From contig JABGOP010000003.1 of assembly GCA_018645365.1 (NCBI GenBank), positions 3,967-67,966 of the forward strand: 64,000 nt of DNA. Direction: 5' to 3'. The DNA comes from Candidatus Cloacimonadota bacterium (GTDB taxonomy: Bacteria; Cloacimonadota; Cloacimonadia; Cloacimonadales; TCS61). The notes under the pieces are model-generated. The model was not told the DNA's origin. It ran no database searches and saw nothing but the letters and a program-made list of their open reading frames with translations. Made by a program: the position numbers and the translations under genes. Below are positions 53,327 to 63,059 of this stretch, in pieces; position 1 is the first letter of the stretch; the number at the start of each line of letters is the position of its first letter.

Positions 53327-55942
53327 ATGAAAAATCGCAAATTAACCCCGATGTTGAAACAGTTTATGGAGATTAAAAATCAACATCCAGATAAAATTAT
53401 TTTATTCAGAATGGGTGATTTTTACGAAACTTTTTTTGACGATGCCAGTGAAGCCTCAAAAATTTTAGGAATCACCCTGACAGCACGCGATAAAAAAGCT
53501 GACAACCCCATTCCGCTCGCAGGTTTTCCGTATCACGCTTTGGAAAATTATTTGGGAAAACTAGTCAAAGCTGGACGAAAAGTGGTGATTTGCGAGCAAC
53601 TCGAAAATCCAAAAGATGCGAACGGTTTAGTAAAACGCGGAATTGTAGATATCATCACGCCTGGTTCTATCATCGACGGCAAATTTATCAGCAAAAATGA
53701 CCATAACTTCTTAGTAGCAATTTGTGAAATTGAAAATAAAGTTGGACTTTCAGCAATTGATGTTTCAACCGGTGATTTCACAACTACTGAATTAAAAACA
53801 TCGCAAATTTACAGTGAAATTGAAAGATTAAAACCAGCAGAAATTATCGTTCAAAACGAGGAAACAAAAAAAAAACTGCTAAATTTCAAACTAAACTATG
53901 AACTGAACATCACTATTTTTGATAGCTGGTTTTTCGAACCAAAAGAAGCCATTCAAACACTAAAAACTCATTTTGGAACTGCTACTTTAGAAGGTTTCGG
54001 CACCAAAAATAAAAAAGCGGCAACAACTGCTGCCGGAGCCGCGTTATCATACATCAAGTCACTGAAAAATAATGAGTTAAACCACATTATAAATTTACAA
54101 GTTTATTCACTAGAAAATTTTCTGCAACTTGATGAGATTTCCAGACGCAATTTAGAATTAACTAAATCCATTCGTTATGGCACAAATTTTGGCACCCTCA
54201 TTTCTATTTTAGATAACACAAAAACACCGATGGGTAGCCGCAAAATCCAAGATTGGATGCTAAATCCACTGTTGGATGTTCACCAAATTGAAGAACGATT
54301 AAATGCCGTTACTGAACTCATCGAACATTATCATTTAACTTCTGATTTACGCAATATTTTTTCATCCGTCGGAGATTTAAGCCGAATTCTCAGTAAAATT
54401 GGTTCACTTCGTACCACTCCGCGTGACGCCATCGCGCTTTATAATTATTTGCAAACTGCTCCTCAAATTTCTGAAATTCTGCAAAAGTTTGAAACTAAAT
54501 TATTGCAAAATCTCGCTGAAAATATCGAAAATTATGATGACATCTTGGCATTAATCGACAACTCAATCCAAGATGAACCACCGCTTCAAATTACAGATGG
54601 AAACATCATTAAAACTGGCTTTAATCAAAATTTAGATGAATTGCGAGAAGTCAGTAAAAATGGGAAAAGTTGGATTGCAAAACTGGAACAAAGTGAACGC
54701 GAAAAAACAGGCATAAATTCACTAAAAGTCAACTATAATAAAGTTTTCGGCTATTATATCGAAATCACAAAAGCACACAAAAATGAAGTACCAGAATATT
54801 ACATTCGCAAGCAAACTTTGGTAAATGCGGAACGCTACATCAGTCCCGAGTTGAAAGAATACGAAGCAAAAGTTTTGGGTGCGGAAGAACGCATCAAAAA
54901 TTTAGAATATGAACTTTTTCTTGAAATTCGGCAAAAACTTTTTGAAAAAGTACAAACAATGCAAACATTCGTGTCTGTTTTAAGCAGTGCAGATGTGCTC
55001 ACAAACCTTGCTTTTATCGCGCATAATCGCAATTATACTCGCCCAAAATTCAATGATAAAAATCTCGTTGAAATAAAAAGTTGCCGACACCCCGTTATTG
55101 AAAGATTATTGGAAAATGAAGATTTCATTCCGAACGACGTTAAAATGGATCAGCAAAATCTAATTTCACTCATTACAGGACCAAATATGGCTGGTAAATC
55201 AACCTATTTACGACAAATCGGGCTACTCGTAATTATGGCTCAAATGGGTAGTTTCGTGCCAGCAGAAAAAGCAAATTTGCAAATTTTCGACAAAGTATTT
55301 ACGCGGGTTGGCGCTTCCGATAATTTAGCAATGGGGCAAAGTACTTTTTTAGTAGAGATGATTGAAACCGCCAATATTTTGAATTCTGCCACCCCAAAAT
55401 CACTCATTTTACTCGATGAAATCGGACGCGGCACTAGCACCTTTGATGGACTAAGCTTGGCATGGTCAATTGTGGAATTCATTCACAATAATCCTAAAAT
55501 ATCAGCAAAAACCCTCTTCGCAACTCATTACCACGAACTTACTGAATTAGAAAACATTTTACCAAAAGTAAAAAATTACAATGTTGTCGTAAAAGAATGG
55601 AACGATAAAATTATCTTTTTACGAAAAATTGAACGGGGTAGTGCAGACCAAAGTTATGGAATTCAAGTAGCAAGGTTAGCTGGCGTTCCTCAAAAAGTAA
55701 TCAACCGTGCCAAGGAAATTTTGGCAAACCTAGAAGAACACGAGCTCAGTCCACAGGGATTGACCGCAAAAGCAAAAAAAAAACTAGGAAAACCTTCCAA
55801 TCAAATGGATATTTTCGATGCTATTTTTGAAAAAGCAGACGAAAAAAATAAAATTTTAGACGAAATTAAAAATTTGGACTTAAATAATTTAACACCGCTT
55901 CAAACATTAAATTATTTAGCCGAACTTAAAAAAAGATTATGA
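53327..55942 (+). CDS. mutS: DNA mismatch repair protein MutS
   Basis: TPMLKQFMEIK...FRMGDFYE and Walker A GPNMAGKSTYLRQ. The ATG at 53327 lies 1 nt after the upstream stop; the track start 53303 would overlap the SPOR gene. Confidence 0.97.
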   Translation: MKNRKLTPMLKQFMEIKNQHPDKIILFRMGDFYETFFDDASEASKILGITLTARDKKADNPIPLAGFPYHALENYLGKLVKAGRKVVICEQLENPKDANGLVKRGIVDIITPGSIIDGKFISKNDHNFLVAICEIENKVGLSAIDVSTGDFTTTELKTSQIYSEIERLKPAEIIVQNEETKKKLLNFKLNYELNITIFDSWFFEPKEAIQTLKTHFGTATLEGFGTKNKKAATTAAGAALSYIKSLKNNELNHIINLQVYSLENFLQLDEISRRNLELTKSIRYGTNFGTLISILDNTKTPMGSRKIQDWMLNPLLDVHQIEERLNAVTELIEHYHLTSDLRNIFSSVGDLSRILSKIGSLRTTPRDAIALYNYLQTAPQISEILQKFETKLLQNLAENIENYDDILALIDNSIQDEPPLQITDGNIIKTGFNQNLDELREVSKNGKSWIAKLEQSEREKTGINSLKVNYNKVFGYYIEITKAHKNEVPEYYIRKQTLVNAERYISPELKEYEAKVLGAEERIKNLEYELFLEIRQKLFEKVQTMQTFVSVLSSADVLTNLAFIAHNRNYTRPKFNDKNLVEIKSCRHPVIERLLENEDFIPNDVKMDQQNLISLITGPNMAGKSTYLRQIGLLVIMAQMGSFVPAEKANLQIFDKVFTRVGASDNLAMGQSTFLVEMIETANILNSATPKSLILLDEIGRGTSTFDGLSLAWSIVEFIHNNPKISAKTLFATHYHELTELENILPKVKNYNVVVKEWNDKIIFLRKIERGSADQSYGIQVARLAGVPQKVINRAKEILANLEEHELSPQGLTAKAKKKLGKPSNQMDIFDAIFEKADEKNKILDEIKNLDLNNLTPLQTLNYLAELKKRL

Positions 55943-56361
55943 TTATCGTGAGTGCTTGTTTAACGGGAATAAATTGCAGGTATGATGGCAAGAATAACCT
56001 CAATGAAAAAATAATAAAACTCGTTCAAAATGGTGATGCAATTCCAATTTGCCCCGAACAACTTGGCGGTCTTACAACTCCGCGAACGCCAGCTGAAATT
56101 TCAGGCAATAAAGTCATTACTAGAAGTGGAAATGATGTCACTATTCAATTTCAAAAAGGTGCAATAGAAACTCTTAAAATAGCTAAATTATTGAATTGTA
56201 AAACTGCTATCTTTAAAGAAAATTCACCATCTTGCGGATCTAAAAATATTTATGATGGCACATTTAGCGACAATCTAATAAAAGGTGAAGGAATCACGAC
56301 GAAATTATTAAAACAAAATGGAATCGTCGTTTACAGCGAAAAAATAAAAAAAGCCACTTGA
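55939..56361 (+). CDS. DUF523 family protein (TudS-like)
   Basis: IIVSACLTGINCRYDG and ...ICPEQLGGL...SPSCG conserved Cys pattern. It overlaps the mutS stop by 4 nt. Confidence 0.8.
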   Translation: MIIVSACLTGINCRYDGKNNLNEKIIKLVQNGDAIPICPEQLGGLTTPRTPAEISGNKVITRSGNDVTIQFQKGAIETLKIAKLLNCKTAIFKENSPSCGSKNIYDGTFSDNLIKGEGITTKLLKQNGIVVYSEKIKKAT

Positions 56362-56375
56362 AGTGGCTTTTTAAA
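56347..56375. terminator. Bidirectional hairpin terminator between convergent genes
   Basis: aaaaagccact-tga-agtggcttttt. The stem spans the DUF523 stop codon and is flanked by an A run and a T run. It lies 6 nt beyond the stop of the minus-strand 31-codon ORF. Confidence 0.75.
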
Positions 56376-56380
56376 TTTAT

Positions 56381-56476
56381 CTATTTACCTTTCTTTTTAT
56401 GGCGATTCTTACGAAGGCGTTTTTTTCTTTTGTGAGTTGTAATCTTCTTTCTTTTTTTCTTTTTTCCGCTCGGCAT
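56381..56476 (-). CDS. 31-aa highly basic protein, bS22/AURKAIP1-COX24-like (putative tiny ribosomal protein)
   Basis: Not in the ORF track because it is too short. Hand translation gives MPSGKKKKRKKITTHKRKKRLRKNRHKKKGK followed by TAG. AGGAGA sits 5 nt upstream of the ATG. It lies 13 nt downstream of hup and is followed by a terminator. Confidence 0.5.
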   Translation of the reverse strand: MPSGKKKKRKKITTHKRKKRLRKNRHKKKGK

Positions 56477-56489
56477 TTTTTCTCCTAAA

Positions 56490-56774
56490 TTATTTATTTG
56501 CGTCGTTTACTTCTTGCTTAAATCCACGAGAAAATTTGAAAGTTGGCACTATTCTTTCTGGCACCGTTACTTTTTCTTCCGTTTTTGGATTTCTACCAAT
56601 TCGTGCTTTGCGTGTTTTTAATTTATAAGTTCCAAAACCACGAATCTCAATATGTTTTCCCTCTTTAAGTGTATCTCTCACCGCTTCCAAAAATGCGTCA
56701 ACTGCCAAAGACACATCCTTTCTTACAATCCCTGTATCGTCTGAAACAATCCTTACTAAATCTGCTTTTGTCAT
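56490..56774 (-). CDS. hup: HU/IHF-family DNA-binding protein
   Basis: MTKADLV... and the beta-arm RGFGTYKLKTRKARIGRNPKT. 94 aa. Confidence 0.93.
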   Translation of the reverse strand: MTKADLVRIVSDDTGIVRKDVSLAVDAFLEAVRDTLKEGKHIEIRGFGTYKLKTRKARIGRNPKTEEKVTVPERIVPTFKFSRGFKQEVNDANK

Positions 56775-57024
56775 ATGATTAACTCCTTTTTAATTTTTTC
56801 AACGGTGGACTTTGTTTAAATTGGGGTTTTATCTGTCAAGAGCTTTTTGCGTAACTTGTATATTTTTCTAACTTTACACAGTTTCATATATCTTTTCACA
56901 TTTGGTTTTGAATGAATTCCATCCAACCCTCAAAATGGTATTTTCAACAGTTATCGCCATTTTATCATTGACAATAAAGTGGAACATTTATTTAAGTAAA
57001 CTTTTAAAAATCGGGAGAAATATT

Positions 57025-58050
57025 ATGAATAAAATTAAGTTCGGACTCATCGGATGCGGACGAATTTCCGCGAAGCATTTTGAAGCAATTGCAGAAATTG
57101 AAAACGCTAATATCATTTGCTGTGCTGACATTATCGCAGAACGCGCCAACGACGCGGCAGAAAAATATCAAATCCCAAAATTTTATACTGATTATAAAAA
57201 AATGCTCGATAATGAAAAAATCGATTGCGTAATTATCTGCACACCAAGCGGAATGCATCCAGAAATGGGAATCGAAACTACCAAAAGAAAAATAAATGTT
57301 GTTACCGAAAAACCAATGGCAATTGATTTAGAATCTGCTGACGCGCTCATCGACGCGTGTGAAGAAAATGGTGTTCGCCTTTTTGTAGTCAAGCAAAATC
57401 GACTAAACTCCACTATTCAAATGTTAAAAAAAGCAATAGATAAAAATCGTTTTGGAAAACTATTTAGTGCTAACATTACCGTTCGGTGGACACGTCCACA
57501 GAGTTATTATGATTTGGCATCGTGGCGTGGAACCTGGAAATATGACGGCGGTGCTTTCATGAATCAGGCTTCACACTATTTCGATTTGATTCAATGGATG
57601 ATGGGACCAATCGAATCGGTAATGTCTTTTACTGCCACAATGGACAAACAAATCGAAGCTGAAGATCAAGGTGGTGGATTGATTAAATTCAAAAATGGAG
57701 CCATTGGAGTTGCCGATATTTCAATGAACATTTTCCCGAAAAATTATGAAGGTTCAATTACTATTATGGGAAAAAACGGAACCGTCAAAATCGGTGGAAT
57801 TGCCGTTAATAAAATCGAACATTGGGAATTCAAAGAATATGACGATGACGACAAATTAGTGGAAAAAGTTTCCACCAATCCAACCAGTGTTTACGGCTTT
57901 GGGCATCAAGCCTATTTGCAAAATGTAGTGGATGTTTTGCACGGAATTGCAGTGCCAAAAACAGATGGTAAAAGCGGTAGAAAATCACTCGAATTAATTT
58001 TGGCGATGTATGAATCTGCTCGCACTGGCAAATTAGTGAAATTATTATAA
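57025..58050 (+). CDS. Gfo/Idh/MocA-family NAD(P)-dependent oxidoreductase
   Basis: Rossmann N-terminus KFGLIGCGRISAKH with the following EKP motif (VVTEKPMA). The ATG at 57025 follows GGGAGA; the 41-codon upstream extension (TTG at 56902) is unlikely to be real. Confidence 0.88.
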   Translation: MNKIKFGLIGCGRISAKHFEAIAEIENANIICCADIIAERANDAAEKYQIPKFYTDYKKMLDNEKIDCVIICTPSGMHPEMGIETTKRKINVVTEKPMAIDLESADALIDACEENGVRLFVVKQNRLNSTIQMLKKAIDKNRFGKLFSANITVRWTRPQSYYDLASWRGTWKYDGGAFMNQASHYFDLIQWMMGPIESVMSFTATMDKQIEAEDQGGGLIKFKNGAIGVADISMNIFPKNYEGSITIMGKNGTVKIGGIAVNKIEHWEFKEYDDDDKLVEKVSTNPTSVYGFGHQAYLQNVVDVLHGIAVPKTDGKSGRKSLELILAMYESARTGKLVKLL

Positions 58051-58062
58051 AAAGGAGATAAA

Positions 58063-58950
58063 TTGTTAGTTCAAGAATATTTTAAATCACGAACCGATCT
58101 GTTCGAAGCATCAATGAAAATCTTTATGGATCCAATCGATACTTATCCCAAAAAATTAAATGAAGCGATGCATTACAGCATTTTTAATAGAGGCAAAAGA
58201 TTGCGTCCAATTCTATTTTTAGCAACTTATGAGATGCTTATTGGCAGGAAAAACTTAAAGCGTTTAGACCGTTTGCTTCCAGCAGCCTGTGCACTCGAAA
58301 TGGTTCACACAGCTTCGCTTATTCACGATGATTTGCCGAGTGCAGATAACTCTGATGAACGAAGAGGGCTGCCGAGTTGTCATAAAAAATTTGGAGACGC
58401 AACTGCAATTTTAGCCGGCGATGCACTCATTACCAAAGCAATCGAAACTCTAACAAAGCTGAAAAGCAAAAAAGAAGCAATTGATGCTATTTCCATTCTT
58501 ACACATGCTGTTTCTACGCACGGCATGATCGGTGGACAGGCAGTTGACATCGTTTCTGCAAAGAAAAAAGCAAACAAAAATACGCTTCACTATATTCATT
58601 TGAAAAAAACTGGTTCACTTCTGCTTGCTTCAACAGAATTAGCTTGTATTTTCGCAAAAACAGAAGAAAACACACGCATCAAACTTGGGAATTTCGCATT
58701 AAATCTTGGACTTGCCTACCAAATTGTTGATGATATTTTGGATGAAATTGGCAGTTTTGAAGTTTTAGGCAAAGAACCAGGTGGCGATTCAAAAAATATG
58801 AAAGCAACCTATCCATCTGTTTTTGGATTGGAAACTTCAAAAGATAAAGCAGAAAAACTTTTGCGAGATTGCTATAATATCGTCAAAAATATGGAACACA
58901 ATGAAATTATGATTGAGTTTATCAATATGGTGAAAGAGCGGCTTCCATAA
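58063..58950 (+). CDS. Short-chain (E)-polyprenyl diphosphate synthase (FPP/GGPP synthase type)
   Basis: First Asp-rich motif LIHDDLPSADNSDERRG and second QIVDDILD. The TTG start lies 5 nt after AAGGAG. Confidence 0.9.
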   Translation: MLVQEYFKSRTDLFEASMKIFMDPIDTYPKKLNEAMHYSIFNRGKRLRPILFLATYEMLIGRKNLKRLDRLLPAACALEMVHTASLIHDDLPSADNSDERRGLPSCHKKFGDATAILAGDALITKAIETLTKLKSKKEAIDAISILTHAVSTHGMIGGQAVDIVSAKKKANKNTLHYIHLKKTGSLLLASTELACIFAKTEENTRIKLGNFALNLGLAYQIVDDILDEIGSFEVLGKEPGGDSKNMKATYPSVFGLETSKDKAEKLLRDCYNIVKNMEHNEIMIEFINMVKERLP

Positions 58951-58951
58951 A

Positions 58952-59776
58952 ATGTCATTTTTGAAAATTACGCGACCATTAAATTGCTTATTTGTCGCAA
59001 TCACTATAGTTTTTGGAGCAGTGATTGGAACAGAAAACATAGATTTACTGCCAATTATTTTCGCCACGATTTCTGCTACACTAATAGCGGCAGCAGGTTA
59101 TGTTATCAACGATTATTTTGATTTTGCCATTGATAAAATTAACCGACCAAACCGTGTTCTGCCAGCCGGCAAAATAACACCAAAAAGTGCTTATATTTAC
59201 AGCATTACCCTCTTTACTTTTGGTATTTTTTTCTCGTTTTTCACAAATAATATTTACTGCATTTTTTTGGCATTTATCAACGCAATTATTCTATTTTTGT
59301 ACGCAAAATATTTCAAACTAACACCTTTTTTTGGCAATTTAATCGTGGCATATATCGCAACAAGCACCTTTCTTTACGGTGCTTTTAGTAACGCAAACTT
59401 GGTAAATATTTGGATGATTGCCACTTTCGCATTTTTGCTCACATTAATCCGAGAATTAATCAAAGATTGCGAAGATATCGAAGGTGATGCGAAACTGAAA
59501 GCAAAAACCTTGGCTCTCATTTTTGGTATAAAAAAAACGATTCAAATAGCTTTCATCGTGGCAACTATAATGATTTTGTTCGTGCTATTTTTGTGGTGGC
59601 AAGCTTATATTTCTAACTCTACGATTATCCTTTTGAACGCATTTGTCATTCTGCCGACACTCCTATTCTTCGCATCTTTAAAACAAAATTTTGAGAAAAA
59701 CAATCTTGCTCGAATTTCAAAATTCGTCAAAATAGATATGCTGATTTTACTAATAATTTTAGGATTGAAAATATGA
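58952..59776 (+). CDS. UbiA-family prenyltransferase, digeranylgeranylglyceryl phosphate synthase (DGGGPS)-like
   Basis: About 8 TM helices. NDYFDFAIDKINRPNRVLPAGKI and KDCEDIEGD...KTLALIFG match the DGGGPS-type versions of the two UbiA Asp-rich motifs (from memory). It is directly coupled to GGGPS. Confidence 0.8.
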   Translation: MSFLKITRPLNCLFVAITIVFGAVIGTENIDLLPIIFATISATLIAAAGYVINDYFDFAIDKINRPNRVLPAGKITPKSAYIYSITLFTFGIFFSFFTNNIYCIFLAFINAIILFLYAKYFKLTPFFGNLIVAYIATSTFLYGAFSNANLVNIWMIATFAFLLTLIRELIKDCEDIEGDAKLKAKTLALIFGIKKTIQIAFIVATIMILFVLFLWWQAYISNSTIILLNAFVILPTLLFFASLKQNFEKNNLARISKFVKIDMLILLIILGLKI

Positions 59777-60519
59777 AAACTTATGAAAAACTAATCGCAC
59801 TTAAAAAAGAAAGAGCCAATTACTTTTGTTTGATAGATCCTGACAAATTGGATGAAATTCAAGCGGCAGAAACTGCTCTAAAATGTGAAGAAAACGGTGC
59901 TGACGGCATTTTAGTAGGTGGTAGCATTATGCTCAAAAACAACTTCGAGCAAAATCTCAAAATCATCAAAGAAAATGTGAAAATTCCAGTTTTAATTTTT
60001 CCTGGAATTTTCAATTTCGTCTCACCATTTGCAGATGCTCTTTTGCTTCTCAGCGTCATCACAAGTCGCAATCCACAAATGCTCATTGGCGAACAAGTGC
60101 GTGCGGCACCGCTCATCAAACACCACAATTTGGAAACCATCGGAACTGGCTACATGCTGATAGAATCTGGCGAAACAACATCCGTTCATTTTATGAGTGG
60201 AAGCATGCCACTACCGCGCACTAAAAATGACATTGCCGTAGCACACGCTTTGGCTGGGCAATATCTCGGTATGAAAATCATCTATTTAGACGCTGGAAGT
60301 GGTGCAAAATACCCCGTTCCAGATGAGATGATTACGGCAATTCGCCAAAATGTTGACTTGCCAATTATTCTCGGTGGTGGAATTAATACACCAGAAATAG
60401 CTGCTCAGAAAGCAAAAGCTGGGGCAGATTTTATCGTAACTGGAAATATCCTGGAAAAAAATAATAATCCACAATTGATTCGAGAATTCGCCGATGCCAT
60501 TCATAGCGTAAAAAAATAA
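59773..60519 (+). CDS. pcrB: Geranylgeranylglyceryl phosphate synthase (GGGPS/PcrB family)
   Basis: TIM-barrel PcrB/GGGPS motifs GADGILVGGS, LLLSVITSRNPQMLIGEQV, IYLDAGSGA, ILGGGI and FIVTGN. It overlaps the DGGGPS-like gene by 4 nt. Confidence 0.88.
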   Translation: MKTYEKLIALKKERANYFCLIDPDKLDEIQAAETALKCEENGADGILVGGSIMLKNNFEQNLKIIKENVKIPVLIFPGIFNFVSPFADALLLLSVITSRNPQMLIGEQVRAAPLIKHHNLETIGTGYMLIESGETTSVHFMSGSMPLPRTKNDIAVAHALAGQYLGMKIIYLDAGSGAKYPVPDEMITAIRQNVDLPIILGGGINTPEIAAQKAKAGADFIVTGNILEKNNNPQLIREFADAIHSVKK

Positions 60520-61244
60520 TGATCGACATTCACACCCACATTTTACCTGAAATTGATGACGGCTCAAAAAGTTTGGAAAATTCCATTGAGCAAGTAAAAT
60601 TCATGGCGAAAAATGGCGTCACCGATATTGTCTGCACACCTCATTTTATTCGGAATTATTGGCACAACACAGCCGAAATTATTTCTGAAAAATTTAAACA
60701 ACTTCAAAAAGCAGTCAAAGATGAAAACATCAAACTACATCAAGGTTGTGAAGTTTATCTTGATGAAAATTCACTACAAACAATTCAAAATCAAAAACTA
60801 AATATCGGCAACACAAATTATGTTTTAGTGGAAACAATGATGACTGAATTTCCCGTCAATTTATTCGACATTTTGTATCAACTTGTAAAAGCAAATTTCA
60901 AACCAATCCTCGCTCATCCCGAACGATATTTACCCATTATTGCAAATTTTGAATTGGCAGAAAATTTTATGTTTCGCGATATTTATTTACAAGTAAATGC
61001 AGGTAGTCTTTTTGGGAAATATGGCAAAAAATCACAAAAAACCGCTTTCAAGATGATCGATTATGGATTTGCACATTTCGTAGCGTCGGATAATCATTGT
61101 CGTAACTTTCACTACCCTTTGCCCGCCGCCTTTGAAGTAATTTCAAACCAATTTGATGAATATACCGCAAATTTATTAACCCAAGTAAATCCCGCAAAAA
61201 TGTTACAAAATGAGAACATACCTATTTTTTATTTGGAAAAATAA
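60519..61244 (+). CDS. PHP-family metal-dependent phosphoesterase (CpsB/YwqE-like)
   Basis: MIDIHTHILPEIDDGS, TPHF, AHPERY and SDNH histidine/aspartate metal ligand pattern. Confidence 0.85.
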   Translation: MIDIHTHILPEIDDGSKSLENSIEQVKFMAKNGVTDIVCTPHFIRNYWHNTAEIISEKFKQLQKAVKDENIKLHQGCEVYLDENSLQTIQNQKLNIGNTNYVLVETMMTEFPVNLFDILYQLVKANFKPILAHPERYLPIIANFELAENFMFRDIYLQVNAGSLFGKYGKKSQKTAFKMIDYGFAHFVASDNHCRNFHYPLPAAFEVISNQFDEYTANLLTQVNPAKMLQNENIPIFYLEK

Positions 61245-62209
61245 TGAAAATTCTGATAACTGGAATTAGCGGTTTTATCGGCAAAAATGTTGCTCGAAAT
61301 TTATTGAAAAAAAATGTTCAAATTACTGCAATTGTCAGACCAAACACCAATTTTAAACGAATAGCAGAATTTGAAAACAAGGTAAAATTTATCGAAATAG
61401 ATTTAACTAATATAGCCACATTGCGTAACTTTCTTTCCGAAAATGCTTTTGTCCAAATCATTCACATTGGAGCAATTCGCGGTGGTAGAAAATTCACAAA
61501 ACAGCAATATTTTGATGCGAATGTAAATGCGACCGAACAACTAATTATCAACGCAAAAAAACACAATTCAAAATTCATTTTTTGCTCTTCGGTAGGAGTT
61601 TTCGGAGCAATCCCAAAAGAATTACCCGCAAATAATTTCACCGAAAGACAAGAAGACAACTATTATCATTTCACCAAGATTTACGCTGAAAAAATCATCC
61701 AAAAGCACGTCCTAAATGGGTTGAGTGCCGCAATTGTACGCCCTGCAATAACTTACGGCGAAGGTGATTTTGGTTTCCCTTTCACACTCACAAAACTCGT
61801 AGATAAAAATTTGATGTTTCTACCAAATCACGAAGTTAAGATTCACCTCACAAATATCGAGCTAATCGTGCAAGCTTTTAACAAGCTTTCCGAAATTGAC
61901 TTTAAATCTGGAACTGCTTACAATGTAGCAGATTTACATCCCGTGAAATTGACAGAAATTGTTGATTTTATCAATCAAGAATTGCATCAAAAAAAATATT
62001 CGCGTCATAAAATTATTAATGTTAAATTTTTCGATTTTGGAGAAAAAATTGCCCGATTTCTAAAAAATGAACTTTGGGTTTCTCGTTTTGAATTAATTTC
62101 CAAAAGTTGGTATTATAACACTCAAAACAGTTACACCAATCTCGGTTTGAAACACATTGAAACGATTCCAAATTTCAAAATTGTCACAAATTGGTACAAA
62201 GGTTTGTAA
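61244..62209 (+). CDS. NAD-dependent epimerase/dehydratase-family SDR
   Basis: KILITGISGFIGKN Rossmann motif and a YxxxK-like segment (YHFTKIYAEK). Confidence 0.85.
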   Translation: MKILITGISGFIGKNVARNLLKKNVQITAIVRPNTNFKRIAEFENKVKFIEIDLTNIATLRNFLSENAFVQIIHIGAIRGGRKFTKQQYFDANVNATEQLIINAKKHNSKFIFCSSVGVFGAIPKELPANNFTERQEDNYYHFTKIYAEKIIQKHVLNGLSAAIVRPAITYGEGDFGFPFTLTKLVDKNLMFLPNHEVKIHLTNIELIVQAFNKLSEIDFKSGTAYNVADLHPVKLTEIVDFINQELHQKKYSRHKIINVKFFDFGEKIARFLKNELWVSRFELISKSWYYNTQNSYTNLGLKHIETIPNFKIVTNWYKGL

Positions 62210-63043
62210 ATGGCAATTCCGATTTTAAAAACTTGGAAAAACTATTTTTCAAATTACGATGAAGGCTTAGGCTCATCCTACGAACGCATTATTTTGAACA
62301 ATAAAATTGTTGAAATTTGTGCAAAATTTAGAGTAAAATCTGTTTTGGAAGCCCCAAGTTTTGGCTTTACTGGACTTTCCGGTATCAACAGTTTACAACT
62401 CGCAAAAAGCGGTTGTGAAATCACTCTGTTCGACCATGATAAAGAGCGAATTGAATTAATAAAATCTATTTGGAATGAGGTAAATTATCCTCTTAAAATT
62501 GAATTTTCAAAAAACTATAATTCACTTCCATTTACAGATAATCATTTTGATTTCAGTTGGAATTTTTCAGCACTTTGGTTTGTTGATAATTTACAAAAAT
62601 TTCTCTCTGAATTAACTCGTACTACCGAAAAAGCAATTTTAATCTGCGTTCCAAATCGGACTGGAATCGGCTATCTTTCCCAAAAATTCCTTGGTAAACA
62701 AGATTTAAAAAAATTATTGAAAGAAAAAAATATTTTACCTAAAAATATCCAAAATGAAATGCACAAACTAAATTGGGAGCTAGTAGAAACAAATTACATT
62801 GATGTGCCTTGGTGGCCAGATATTGGCATGCCAAAAGATAAATTTGCTAAAATTTTAAAACTCGATTGGCTTCTCAAAAAAGAAAAAAGAAAACCAATTT
62901 CCATTATGGATTTTTACAAAAATAAAGACAATGAATTTCCTGAAAAAATGATGAAACATTTTTGGTTTGAAAAATTTGCACCAAAAATAATAAAAAAAAT
63001 TTGGGCACATCATAAATATTTTCTATTTGTTCCCAAAAAATAA
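62210..63043 (+). CDS. Putative class I SAM-dependent methyltransferase
   Basis: Motif-I-like VLEAPSFGFTG, acidic LFDHD after beta-2 and FDFSWNFSALWFV (motif II/III-like). The assignment is weak. Confidence 0.5.
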   Translation: MAIPILKTWKNYFSNYDEGLGSSYERIILNNKIVEICAKFRVKSVLEAPSFGFTGLSGINSLQLAKSGCEITLFDHDKERIELIKSIWNEVNYPLKIEFSKNYNSLPFTDNHFDFSWNFSALWFVDNLQKFLSELTRTTEKAILICVPNRTGIGYLSQKFLGKQDLKKLLKEKNILPKNIQNEMHKLNWELVETNYIDVPWWPDIGMPKDKFAKILKLDWLLKKEKRKPISIMDFYKNKDNEFPEKMMKHFWFEKFAPKIIKKIWAHHKYFLFVPKK

Positions 63044-63059
63044 AAAATAGGAGGAAATA

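Noticed and set aside
56902-57024. 41-codon N-terminal extension of the Gfo/Idh/MocA oxidoreductase (TTG start)
   Set aside because: The Rossmann fold starts right after the internal ATG at 57025, which has a GGGAGA Shine-Dalgarno. The extension would be a hydrophobic leader atypical for this family and covers the probable promoter region.
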